64,000 nt of DNA from an uncultured Nitrososphaerales archaeon (GCA_963713605.1 CAVQMO010000001.1:864001-928000), one strand, 5' to 3'. Positions 38,197 through 49,088 are shown, counted from the stretch's first letter. The notes: generated by a model not told the origin, from the sequence alone. A program made the numbers and translations.

Positions 38197-38964
38197 ATGA
38201 GCTTGCTTCAACTCGCCGCGCCATTTTTGACTGTGATTCCTTTAGTCTTTGCCTCCTTAATGTTAATCCCACTTGAAAGTTCCGCGAGCTCTCAAAGCAC
38301 AGAGCCACGCTTCTTTCCAGTTAAATCGTCCCCCTATGGTACTCCATTTCAAGAATGGACCCAAAAGTGGTGGCAATGGTATCTATCAGTTCCAAAGCAA
38401 AATAATCACAACTTTGAAGCAGTATCGGGTTACGTCCCCAAGGAGTGCTCATTTTTACAGAACGCTTCGAGCCCTGTTTTCTTCGTTCCCTATGTATTGC
38501 GAGAAAAAGGAGTTCAGGCAACGGCATCTTGCGAGATTCCTCCTAATAAGGCTGTGATGGTCGGAATTGATAATGGCTTAATGGATTATGGAGATTCTAG
38601 AGTTGAGGAGCCTAAAACAGTTGAAAAGATCACCGAGATGGTGAAAAAGAGTAATGAGTTTCCTGTGGAGTTTGATGTTACCTTGGACGGAAAACCAATT
38701 AATTTGACCAATGAGGAAAAAGATAGGGTTACATCAGCACCGTTTTACATAGTGTTACCTGAGAACAATATCTGGAACGAGGCTCCAAACACACCTTATA
38801 CTGCAGTCGCTGACGGATGGTATTTGCTCCTTGAGCCCCTTTCTCCGGGTAAACACGTTTTGGATTATACTACTGGATATAAGGTTCAACCTTCCCCGGT
38901 TGGACCAGCCAATCCGGAAGGTTACACACAAGAAGTAACGTACAATTTGTTGGTCGGGGAGTAG
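38197..38964 (+). CDS. Exported protein of an uncharacterised Trp-rich family (paralogue 1)
   Basis: Signal peptide; PYGTPFQEWTQKWWQW, PVFF, ADGWYLLLEPLSPGKHVL, VTYNL. Confidence 0.85.
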   Translation: MSLLQLAAPFLTVIPLVFASLMLIPLESSASSQSTEPRFFPVKSSPYGTPFQEWTQKWWQWYLSVPKQNNHNFEAVSGYVPKECSFLQNASSPVFFVPYVLREKGVQATASCEIPPNKAVMVGIDNGLMDYGDSRVEEPKTVEKITEMVKKSNEFPVEFDVTLDGKPINLTNEEKDRVTSAPFYIVLPENNIWNEAPNTPYTAVADGWYLLLEPLSPGKHVLDYTTGYKVQPSPVGPANPEGYTQEVTYNLLVGE

Positions 38965-39116
38965 AAGTTCAAATCGGGGGTAAACCTCCCTATACCTTGG
39001 ATCAAATTTGCGGATACCTCTTATAATCATGAACCGCTGGCTACCAAGATTTCAGTTTTACCTATTGGTATGTTCTTTCTCAATTCAACCCTTTCGTAGG
39101 CAAGGCAAACAGCTGC

Positions 39117-40029
39117 ATGGCCAAGTACCAGAATTTAAGCCCATCTGCTGAGAGGGCAGAAATATTTTTAAACTGCGGTCGAGGTGTCCTATTAAGATTG
39201 AGTAATCAGGAGCAGTGTAAACAGTTTCAAAAGGATCTGTTGGACGAAACTAAATCCAAAATGATCTTGAAAAATAGTGAAATTTTTAGAGGAATGAGTT
39301 ATGGTGATTACCTTCGGGAATGGTTAATTTGGTTACATTCCGACTCTCCTATTTATCGTGGGCATAGGCATGAGATTTGTTATGCTCATGGAAACTTGAG
39401 ACTTTATATACGACAGGGAGACAGGTCGGAGGAAGCAGGCTGATCTCTTTCGGAACAGAGCTCGAAGTGAGAAAATCTTTAGGGGAGATGTTATTTTCGA
39501 GGACACACCAGTATTTGTCCCTGCACGAAGCACTTTTTACAGCGTTGGAGAGGTATATTATCAGGACAATAGGAAGTTGGAAGGCATTGCCGACTGTCAG
39601 TACCTATGCAGAAGAGATCAGCACGAGGGAGGTACTTTCTGGTGCACAATTCGTAAGGACGGGTGTGATGAAGTTGATCTGACCGGCCTTCTCAGTTATA
39701 TTGAAACCCCCTCCTTTGAAATGAGAGTGGCCGAAAAAAGTCCGCTTAGAGATTACTTTGAGATGCCTATCAAGCCTGGCACTTATCCCACATTCTCTGC
39801 GGCAAGAGCCTTGATGATAAAGCGTTTGCCCGAGGGGAAATATCGATTACATTACGGAGGATATGGACGAGGGAGGTATTTCAGCGACTCCGTCTACGAC
39901 TTTATAGTCAAACCCGTCGAAATTGAAGAAGCTATAGATTCAAAGATACGAAGTGAAATAATGTATCCTAAGCATATTGCCGGAATTCCAATCTATGATA
40001 AAGAAAAGCACAAGCTAGATGATCTGTAG
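39117..40029 (+). CDS. Divergent Trp-rich family protein (paralogue 2); frameshift near 39400; start uncertain
   Basis: GMSYGDYLREWLIWL, VFVP, ETPSFEMRVAEKS, LMIKRLPEGKYRLHYGG, SVYDF align with the motifs of its neighbours. Confidence 0.7.
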
Positions 40030-40094
40030 AGGAAAAATTATCTGCATCATCAAATCTTCAAATATTCTATTATATCGAAAGTAGGCATAACTAC

Positions 40095-40736
40095 TTGTAT
40101 TCTAGACAATCACTGTTATATAGTAAGGAATCTAGCCCTCTTGGAAGAACTTGGGAAGAATGGGTCGAGACGTGGTGGAATTGGTGCTATGCAGAACCGG
40201 AGGCGCTATCTCCGGCTGCAGACACTTCGGGAGCTCTGGCAGGCAAGAACCAAAACGTTCCTAGTGTATGGTTTCTAGCGGGTACTTTTGGAGGAAAGGC
40301 TGAACGCCACTGTATCATTCCAAAAGGAAGATCGATCCTTGTCCCTCTCGTAAACGATTTGATATCTTTCGCGGAATACCGCAACCTCAAAAGTGAAGAA
40401 GAGCTTCGCTCGTACGCGAAAGATGATCTCGATACGACCTCTGTGATAAAAGCCAGTATAGATAAAAATTATTTACGAAATTTAAAAAATTATCGAGTCA
40501 TATCTCGTTCTTTCCATTTGGTTATCCCACTAAATGTCCACGGTAAATTGAGTTTGGCGCATACTAAGGCCGTTTCGGATGGCTATTGGCTCTTTCTTAA
40601 ACCACTTCCTCCTGGACAGCATGTTATTATCATTAGCGGCGAAAAGTCGCTATATGACGACGTTCAGTATGAAGGTTATCGGGGGGAAGACGGCAGGTTC
40701 AAGACCGATGTTATCTACCATGCCACAATAGGATAA
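40095..40736 (+). CDS. Trp-rich family protein (paralogue 3), no signal peptide
   Basis: PLGRTWEEWVETWWNW, VWFLAGTFGG, ERHCIIPKGRSILVPLVN, SDGYWLFLKPLPPGQH, DVIYH. Confidence 0.85.
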   Translation: MYSRQSLLYSKESSPLGRTWEEWVETWWNWCYAEPEALSPAADTSGALAGKNQNVPSVWFLAGTFGGKAERHCIIPKGRSILVPLVNDLISFAEYRNLKSEEELRSYAKDDLDTTSVIKASIDKNYLRNLKNYRVISRSFHLVIPLNVHGKLSLAHTKAVSDGYWLFLKPLPPGQHVIIISGEKSLYDDVQYEGYRGEDGRFKTDVIYHATIG

Positions 40737-41380
40737 TCTCATTTTCTCTACGATAGATGTGGTTTCACTCACCACATACTTCAATCAAAAATTGGCTAGT
40801 ATATGAGCCTAAGTTCTCTCTGGTAATACCACTATTATTGCAGTAATCCATAATCTTAAGCCGATCGAGTGAATGCTGTATAAAAATCGGGCTGTTGATC
40901 TGAGGAGACTAAATAGCATTCCCCATCGGTAAGCCCCGAATGCTTCATTTTACGTATTTTCTTAGACCTCAAACCATTGAATGAATTTCTGTTCATGTCA
41001 AATAAGGAGACATTCTCGAATATTTAAGAAATCTAAGGATTCTTACTATTCTGGGTAGTTAAGGCCCGGGCGGCACCCGTTAATTGTGGCCGCCACATGC
41101 TTCGATGGAAGAACTAGCCAACGAAACATTGCCCGTTACTATTTTACAGAACACAATGATAGTTTTTCGCATATATTTCAATTAATAACACTAACTAATA
41201 AGGATTGAACATAAGGAATCTCGATAATTAAAATTTACTCAGTGATTTATACAAATTTAAGGGACCTAACATAGTCCAACATCCTAAGTTATGCAATATC
41301 AAGATAAAAAAGGTAACCTTATCATTTCGATTCGAGCCGGCATATGACCTAAATAGGAGTCGGTTCAATATTCTATCGAT

Positions 41381-41986
41381 TTGTCGCTTGGTTCGTTCCG
41401 GATAACGTCTCCCCAGCAACGACAATACGGCAAGTCCTTGGCTGAATGGTCTATCTGTTGGTGGAAGTGGCTATTAACTATAGAAAGGGAAAGAAATCCT
41501 GTATTTGATATGGTCGGGACCTTTTCGAAATTAAACCAAAGGGAAGAGGTTTTTTTCCTTTGTCAGACTTTTGAGAGGACAGAGGAAGTACCCAAAAGAA
41601 CATTGACGGTCAAATCAGGCACAATTTTCTTGATGCCTCTAATAAACTATATTTCCACTATGCCTAGCGACGGAAGAAATGAAGAAGAGATATCGACGAC
41701 TGCTATGAAGAAGATGGATTCGATCGCAATAATCGAGTTGTCCATCAATCAAATTGGCTTAAGATTAAGCCCGAAGGACTTCAGATTCAGATCTAATGCC
41801 TTTCATGTTTTGCTGCCATCAAGCAACATACTTGACTTGAAGGGCGGTATCGTTACTTGCGTTTCGGACGGCTATTGGATTATGATCGAAGCAATCAGCG
41901 GACCTCTTGAGATTTCTTCGAGCGCGACTTGCTCCTCGGGTAGAACAAAAATTTCGGCCAAATATTTTATTGAAATCCCTCATTAA
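41381..41986 (+). CDS. Trp-rich family protein (paralogue 4), no signal peptide
   Basis: YGKSLAEWSICWWKW, VFFLCQT, FLMPLIN, SDGYWIM. Confidence 0.82.
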   Translation: MSLGSFRITSPQQRQYGKSLAEWSICWWKWLLTIERERNPVFDMVGTFSKLNQREEVFFLCQTFERTEEVPKRTLTVKSGTIFLMPLINYISTMPSDGRNEEEISTTAMKKMDSIAIIELSINQIGLRLSPKDFRFRSNAFHVLLPSSNILDLKGGIVTCVSDGYWIMIEAISGPLEISSSATCSSGRTKISAKYFIEIPH

Positions 41987-42076
41987 ATAATTTTTATGTA
42001 TCAAGGTAGACAGCTGAATGCTTGTCTAACCAATAGAAACATAGAAATATCGAACAATCATCAGTTGGATAGATTC

Positions 42077-42244
42077 ATGCCAATCACAGACGCCGCTAAA
42101 AAACAAATCGCTCAACAGAGGAGACTTTTCTTTAAGGTGTGTTTTAAATGCGGTGGAAGGAATCCAATATCTGCACTTAGATGCAGAAAGTGTAGGGGTA
42201 GTCAGCTCAGGTTGAAAAATAGAACGCTAGGGGCTAAGAAATGA
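42077..42244 (+). CDS. rpl40e: 50S ribosomal protein L40e
   Basis: MPITD...KVCFKCGGRNPISALRCRKCRGSQLRLK. Confidence 0.95.
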   Translation: MPITDAAKKQIAQQRRLFFKVCFKCGGRNPISALRCRKCRGSQLRLKNRTLGAKK

Positions 42245-42398
42245 TCATTCTTGTTAAAGGACTCTATCGCTAAGCTCAAAATAAGGGCAAATCTGAGCTA
42301 CCTATAGATCTGCAACCTTTAGATATGACGGCACGACAGCTACGCTATTATAGTATGAACAGCTATAAGTTGTTAACTGGAGAATGACTTGAGGCAGT

Positions 42399-42782
42399 AT
42401 GTATGAAACTATCGTCAGTCTGTTTTTTAAGAGCATTGAGCCTCTATATAAATGGCTCAGCGAGAATCTAGTGGCACATGTTATGACTTTTGGTAAGGAA
42501 TTTGGTGCCCTGGTAGTATTTGTTTCAGCTGTTGCGTTTCTATTGATTACGGTTTACTTTATTATGAAACAGGCAAAAAGGTTACCCAAGCGTTACGTGC
42601 TTGAGACGTTTGATCATGATGGAAAGAAAGTTGTGATCCCGGATTTGAGAATTGTGTTTAGTACGTACCAAGTTGCTGCGAGTTACGCCGAATTCTATAC
42701 AAAGATGTATGAATACAAGTATAAGTTTAGGTTGCTTGGAATAAGAGACAGCATTTCAGTTCTTGGACGTCTAAATAAATAG
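42399..42782 (+). CDS. Hypothetical single-TM protein
   Basis: One hydrophobic helix followed by a basic stop-transfer segment. Confidence 0.6.
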   Translation: MYETIVSLFFKSIEPLYKWLSENLVAHVMTFGKEFGALVVFVSAVAFLLITVYFIMKQAKRLPKRYVLETFDHDGKKVVIPDLRIVFSTYQVAASYAEFYTKMYEYKYKFRLLGIRDSISVLGRLNK

Positions 42783-43180
42783 CTAGTTTCATTCTATTGA
42801 CGTGCCGAAAAATGACCGTGACTCTCAAACACCGGATCTAGTGAAAATCGGCTTCCTGATGAGAGCATTTAGAGGCCGACGTGATTAGTGTTTCATAATG
42901 GTACAAGAGTGGAAATATTTACCTAGTTATTCACCACATTTTGAAACAATTCAGAATAGTTCAGAAATCCTTTGGAATGGGCGAGATAGGAGATTCATAA
43001 AGACTATACTAGTTGTGGCTGGTTTGATACGAAAAAATCTTTAGAATCATATCACTCGACCCTCTTGTCCACCAGAATCTGGAGTATCGGCATGAAATTT
43101 TTCACGAATCTAAATTAAATTAAAAAAGTTAATATCTATGCCAATGAAATGGATATGCTTAGGGATCGTAATAACACTTT

Positions 43181-44906
43181 ATGAAATATCCAAAGGTCGT
43201 ACTTACTGCAGATAGAACACTTATGTCACCTTACAGAGGCATATCTTTAGCATCATTCTTTGGCTGTGCTCCAGCTATTGACGTCAATAGAGATCCATCC
43301 TCACTCTTGTACAAGATACTCGGCCAACAGATAACGCCGAGGATACTCTTTGATTTCATCTGTAACCCGATTGAGAATATTAATGGAGTGGCAAAATATG
43401 CACCATATGGTCTAAGGAAGGTTGAGTCTTCTCTCATCAGGGATGGTTACAGCAGGGATGATGTAGTTGTGGCCCACCCCGATTATGTTGAAAAATTTAT
43501 AGGGCCTGAAACTCAGGTCGTCGGTACGTACGAAATGGACCCACTTGGAATGGGTCCGGTCACGATGACCTTTACATACGGACGCAAACACATGTCCTAT
43601 GACGAATTTTATTGCAGAGATTTGCATCAGCGAATCTCCAAAGCAAAAAAAGAGAATGGAAGTAATGCAAAGGTCATAGTAGGAGCATCAGGAACATGGC
43701 AGTACAACTATGATCCTGCCAAGATTGAAGAATATGGACTCTACGCCTTAGTTGAGGGAGATCTTGGAGGCATAGGCCCGGAAATAGATGGAGCAGGTGC
43801 TAGCTTCTTTGATGCTGCGATAGCCGGGGATTTTGAAACTGCAAATCCATTCAAGAAATCCAAGTTCAAAGTTGAAATTAAAGAGTACAGATCGACCTGA
43901 GCGAAAATATCATGGCCGATTTATCCATTATTGGGATGAGCCATCCGTAGATGAAATCCCTGACATTATAAATCCTAGTATGCACGGGATGGTTGAGGTG
44001 ATGCGAGGCTGTGGGAGAGGATGCAAATTCTGCGACGTTACCCTAAGACCATTGAGATATTACCCTGTTGAAAAAGTACAAAGGGAAATTCAAGTAAACA
44101 TGAAGTACGGTGGAGCTAAAAGCGCATGGATCCATAGCGATGACATTTTTGTCTACGGTTTGAACCCTAGGACTACAAAGAATATGGAGCCAAATAGAGA
44201 AGCTCTAGAAGAGCTCTTCAATGGCATTATGGATACAGGAATTGAGCATACTAACCCTACCCACGGTACGCTTGCAGGCGCAATTGCCAATGAAAGACTC
44301 CTTCCAAATATTTCCGAGATTATAAAATCTGGTCCTGAAAATCATATTGGAATTCAATGCGGTCTTGAAACTGGTAGTACGCGGTTAATTGGAAAATATG
44401 CTGACCGAAAGTTAGCCCCGTTCAAACCAAATGAATGGCATTGGGTTGTAAAACACGGGGTCAAGACATTGAACCAGCACTACTGGGTGCCTGCATTTAC
44501 ATTGATATTGGGTCTGAATAATGACGAGACCCCTGAAGATAGCTGGGAAACTATTCAGTTAATACATGAATTAGAAACGGAACAGCCTGACTCAAAATTT
44601 ACGGTTACACCATTGACGTTTGTCCCAATCGGACTGTTAGAGAAATCTGAATTCTTTGACATTAACAATACAATGGATCCACCGAAGTTGGGAGTAATGT
44701 ACAAAACATGGCAGCATAATTTTAAATACGGTATTCAAAAATTCATGCGAAAAATTGGACGACAGGCTCCTGTGAAGAATTTGTTCTTTGCGGGTTTAGC
44801 GAGATCCTTAGGAGGTGTTCCGTTGAATGCAATGGAAAGATTTGCCAGAAGAAAAGGTCGCGAGCATGAATTAGTTATAGAAAAGATAAAGGCAAGCTAT
44901 TGGTGA
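43181..44906 (+). CDS. B12-binding-like/radical SAM domain protein; frameshift near 43890
   Basis: VVLTADRTLMS, APYGLRKVE, MDPLGMGP, EVMRGCGRGCKFC, GLETGS. Confidence 0.88.
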
Positions 44907-45005
44907 AATTGATTCCATATACATGACCGATTCTGCGACCTAAAATTTGACGGATGTGGACATCGCTCTACTGGAGCGCCGATGTAATTCACGAGCTTAA
45001 TAGGC

Positions 45006-45542
45006 TTATTTAACTAAATTTAGGATTAATTGCCTTGCCAAGGGAGCAGGAAAATCTAGCCCCGTCGCAACATGCCGAATAATTCGTTTCTGTAGGTTTA
45101 CCCGCCTTAAGGCTCTAAGATGCGACTTCATCGTTTGCTTTGAATCTCGAGACTGCAAAGATTGGATTATTATATGAGCCAAGACCTTCGATTTTTCCTT
45201 CTCTGATTCAAAGGAGCAGAGTTCCTGTTCACAAGCTTCAAATTCTGTTCCGATTCTTTCCAATGCATTAGAAAGCAAATCTTCGAGTGTATAACCGCTA
45301 GTTGAATTGAATCCGCTGTTTTTGACTTTTGGGTCCTCCGTCAGACCGTAACGAAATTCGGGAAGGGGGAGAATAAACGCTTGGGAAGAGTGCAGATTTT
45401 CGTTATGCCGTCTTGCATTAAATTTCCTCGAGAATTCTCGTTGACAAATTGAACAGATCAGGGGAACCCTTGACATCGTCCAATTGTCGAAGGGGAGCAA
45501 ACCAATAAGGTATCTTATGAAATTCGAGTGGCTCAGAGTCAC
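45006..45542 (-). CDS. Hypothetical protein with N-terminal C2H2 zinc finger (likely start at the internal Met, MSRVP)
   Basis: CSICQREFSRKFNARRHNENLH. Confidence 0.7.
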   Translation of the reverse strand: MTLSHSNFIRYLIGLLPFDNWTMSRVPLICSICQREFSRKFNARRHNENLHSSQAFILPLPEFRYGLTEDPKVKNSGFNSTSGYTLEDLLSNALERIGTEFEACEQELCSFESEKEKSKVLAHIIIQSLQSRDSKQTMKSHLRALRRVNLQKRIIRHVATGLDFPAPLARQLILNLVK

Positions 45543-45669
45543 TCGCTAAATTGGTATGTATCTTTTTGAATTTGAACACATCAACGAAAAGATGAGTTGT
45601 ACAATTAATTGAATCTCAACGCAACGCGACGAGTGCTAAATTTAAATTCTCTAATACGATTCGAAATAG

Positions 45670-47232
45670 ATGTGTTACAATTACCGTAAAGATTTTGTTA
45701 GAGAGAGTGTACATGTGGTATTTAGACTACCTTTGTCTCCTTCATTCGATTTTATAAAAAACCGATTCAAGCCCAAGCCCAAACCCAAACTCAAGCCCGA
45801 GTCCTCCAATCAAGCTGACAGGTACTCAAAAGGTGAGAGAAATAATGGTCTAAACCGAAATTCTAGCACAGATGGATACGACCAGAGCGAATTGGCGTTG
45901 GAGCAAAGCGACAGCTCTGACCCTCAACGACTCGCGGAATTGTCGGGAAAAACTATTAGTATTAAGGATGCAACGAATCGGCTTCATAGGATTGAGGAGC
46001 AAAAAACAGGTGAGCTTATCCAACAGCTTTCTCCGATTAGAAACTCTGCACAGGCAAGCTTGCAGTCGATCGTAGACTTGGCGGCCGATCTCCAAAATGA
46101 AGTGATTAAAGTAGAGGATCAACGATTTGAGTCAGCAGTAGAAAATGCTCGGAGCATGGTGATTACTTCGATCCTGAAGGATGCGAATTCCAGTTTTCCC
46201 GAGATAGTATCGTACGATGATGCGATAAAGTTCCAAGGCCGATTAGAATCCCTTACAAATCGCTTTGGTCAGCTTACTGGTTCTCATAGCAAGCTTTTCA
46301 ATGTATTTCTAAAGAAGTATGCTGACAAGTTCAGATCTGAATTCGCAGACTTTACTAACCTGAACAAGAAGACATCAAAATTGATCAAAACCTATGACAT
46401 TGGTTTGGAGGACACAATTGCCTGTAGCCAGAAAATTACTGACTTATCTAACAATTTATCCTCTATGAGCTATTCCAAGGAGAGAATTGCCAACATGTCA
46501 GCAGAAGTAGGGGATTTGGAAAAGGACATTGCTCAATTAATAACGCGCCGACACGAAATAGAACAGTCTGAAGAGTACAAGAATTATGCCCTTCTTGAAT
46601 CTGAATCTAAAGAGTTGGAAAAAAGCAAAGCTGAATTCCGTGAGTATGTATCTGATTTGTTCTCTCATCTCAATCGCGCTTTCACTAAATACTCTTATGG
46701 TGTCTCGAAGAGCGTTGCTGCAAAAATTGACTTACTTTCTAGCACTCCGTGGGAAATATTTTTGAACCAGAGAGAGAATGAATCTAACAATTCCGATTCG
46801 TCAGGTCAAAATACGGAACGAAGCAAAGAGGACCGTGAAAGAATTGAAACTTTCAGAACATTGCTCATTGAAATACGGGGAGCTGTAAATAAAGGTACCG
46901 TTAGTTTAAAGGATTCAGAAAAGGTTTCGACGTATCTGGATAAGGCTATCGATATGTTTCCCAAGATTGAATCTAGAGGGTGGGAGATACAACAAAAGAA
47001 AATAAGCATTACGCAAAAACAAAATCGCAAGGCGTTTAATTCGATAAAATCTCTTGACGATTTGATCCAGCGAAACAAAACAGACATCGCAGAGAAGAAG
47101 ATTCTGATTGCAGAGACACAAACCACTTTCGAAGCAAAGAAGAAGGAAATTCAAGACTTAACTGATTCATGTAGTAACCTGCTAACTGAGATAATTGGAC
47201 AAGAGAAAATTATAATGACAACGAAGGATTGA
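45670..47232 (+). CDS. Long coiled-coil protein without an ATPase head
   Basis: Heptad-rich 520-aa ORF; no Walker motifs. Confidence 0.75.
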   Translation: MCYNYRKDFVRESVHVVFRLPLSPSFDFIKNRFKPKPKPKLKPESSNQADRYSKGERNNGLNRNSSTDGYDQSELALEQSDSSDPQRLAELSGKTISIKDATNRLHRIEEQKTGELIQQLSPIRNSAQASLQSIVDLAADLQNEVIKVEDQRFESAVENARSMVITSILKDANSSFPEIVSYDDAIKFQGRLESLTNRFGQLTGSHSKLFNVFLKKYADKFRSEFADFTNLNKKTSKLIKTYDIGLEDTIACSQKITDLSNNLSSMSYSKERIANMSAEVGDLEKDIAQLITRRHEIEQSEEYKNYALLESESKELEKSKAEFREYVSDLFSHLNRAFTKYSYGVSKSVAAKIDLLSSTPWEIFLNQRENESNNSDSSGQNTERSKEDRERIETFRTLLIEIRGAVNKGTVSLKDSEKVSTYLDKAIDMFPKIESRGWEIQQKKISITQKQNRKAFNSIKSLDDLIQRNKTDIAEKKILIAETQTTFEAKKKEIQDLTDSCSNLLTEIIGQEKIIMTTKD

Positions 47233-47441
47233 GTAGAGAATGGACAAGAAATGGTCTCCCCTACCATGGCTACGTCATCTGACCGGTTTCCGTATTGACG
47301 TTCAATTTTTTGAAATTTCTGGAATTTGTGAAGCTGTCTGTAATTAATCTTGGTTATTTTTTGGTAGATTCAAGTGCCTTTGCAGCACCACTATGAGAAA
47401 GGGAAATAGGTAATGGATGCCTTTAGTCAAGCACAAATAGT

Positions 47442-48137
47442 TTGATACTTGGAAGATTATTGAAGAGGAGTTTCCATATTAAATTCAAAGATCGGACGAG
47501 TGCAGGGGAAATACTTGCAAGTATGCTAGACGATTTTTTCAAAAAGGAAAGCAAGAATGCTCCCATTACGGTATTAGCTATACCACGAGGAGGAGTTATT
47601 ATAGGCGATGCAATTGCCTCTAAATTTAGTCAGAGCGAATTTGATATCGTTATTCCTCGCAAATTGGGTGCCCCCAACAATCAAGAACTAGCAATTGGGG
47701 CAGTGATGCAGGACAGGACGGCATACCTTAATGAACGTGTAATCCAGACGCTCCAGGTTCCAACGGCTTACCTCGAAACCGAAATAGACCGACAAGTGCA
47801 AGAGATTCAACGAAGGATATCTCTTTACCGTTCCGCGTCGAAACCTTACAACATTACAGGTAGATCGGTGGTTATCGTAGATGATGGAATAGCCACAGGA
47901 GCAACCGTAAGAGTAGTAGTTGAGTGGATCAATAATCATGATCCAGCAAATGTGCTAATTGCGGTTCCGGTTGCCCCCGAGGATACAGTCACAGAACTGT
48001 CGAGAGAACGGACTAAGGTTCAGGTCATAACTACGCCATCTGCTTTTGGCTCCGTGGGCCAATTTTATGAAAATTTTGACCAGGTCACCGATGAGGAGGT
48101 AAAAGAAGTTGCCAGAAAATGGGGACTCGTTGAATAG
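47442..48137 (+). CDS. Type I phosphoribosyltransferase family protein
   Basis: FKDRTSAG, LAIPRGGV, RKLGAPNNQELAIGAV, VIVDDGIATG, VGQFYENF. Confidence 0.9.
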   Translation: MILGRLLKRSFHIKFKDRTSAGEILASMLDDFFKKESKNAPITVLAIPRGGVIIGDAIASKFSQSEFDIVIPRKLGAPNNQELAIGAVMQDRTAYLNERVIQTLQVPTAYLETEIDRQVQEIQRRISLYRSASKPYNITGRSVVIVDDGIATGATVRVVVEWINNHDPANVLIAVPVAPEDTVTELSRERTKVQVITTPSAFGSVGQFYENFDQVTDEEVKEVARKWGLVE

Positions 48138-48249
48138 ACCATAGTCCAAAACGACCGTGAATTAGTTCAATGCGAACAGTAACGCATCGTGAATGAATGG
48201 GCGTCAACCGTTGAATGTTCTGTTCAGTAAAATACGAGTACTACTAAAT

Positions 48250-48486
48250 CTACGTACTCTCGAGCTCTATTCTAATGACATCACGTAATTCTTTTGGCAA
48301 ATAGCGCTCGCTGTTCTTTTCAGAAAGAAACTTTTTCCAGCCCGTATTTTGGCCCTTGGTGGTCTTCCTCACCGCATCAAACTCTGCTATCAGACTGTCG
48401 TAAACCTGCCGATGAACATAGCAGTATCTCCCTGATTCCGCAGAAGGTACGGTATCTTGACACACCTGACAAGTCTTGCTCGTCAA
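48250..48486 (-). CDS. Small hypothetical protein with CxxC...CxxH motif
   Basis: CQVC...YCYVH. Confidence 0.55.
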   Translation of the reverse strand: MTSKTCQVCQDTVPSAESGRYCYVHRQVYDSLIAEFDAVRKTTKGQNTGWKKFLSEKNSERYLPKELRDVIRIELEST

Positions 48487-48744
48487 GTAATTAACCGTAA
48501 ATATACCAGTAAAGGAAATATATGTTCCTCCTTATTCTTGTCCATTTTTGAGGGCATAGATATTGTGGTCATAAACGTCAATGGTCATAAAAATATGAAG
48601 GTTATCATTCAACAAGCATATTTGAATTAAGGGGGAGTAATTTCTCAAGATATCAAACCTTAGCCTTGTTGCATTTCTAATTTCAACACTAGGGAATAAA
48701 ACCGACTAGAAACTATTATTAGGTTCAAAGTCCTAATACCATCG

Positions 48745-48981
48745 GTGAGTAACTTGGCAAGTAATAGTGATAAAACCTCAAAATCTGGGCAATGGGCCGA
48801 TCTCTTAGCAGAATTGTTTGACAAATTGACGGGGAAGGAGGCTGAAGTGACGTACACGTTTGATAATCTTGAAATTAATGTTCCGGAAGCGGTGGGTCCT
48901 GATGGAAAAACGCTTGGCAGCGCAAAGTGGACTGTAAACGGTAAGGTTTTGATAAAGGCAGAAGCTCACAGAACCGCATAA
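48745..48981 (+). CDS. Small hypothetical protein
   Basis: WADLLAELFDKLTGK...YTFDNLEINVP...AKWTVNGK looks like natural coding sequence. Confidence 0.7.
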   Translation: MSNLASNSDKTSKSGQWADLLAELFDKLTGKEAEVTYTFDNLEINVPEAVGPDGKTLGSAKWTVNGKVLIKAEAHRTA

Positions 48982-49088
48982 GGAAAGGTACGGCCTCAGC
49001 CTAGATACCAGACCGTTATTTGAGAATCATGCCCTAACATCTGAATCCTTGGCTACTGATTGCTAGAATGACTAAACAAATGACCGAC

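Noticed and set aside
45670..47232. SMC/Rad50 or defence ATPase
   Set aside because: Only coiled coil; no Walker A/B, signature motif or zinc hook.
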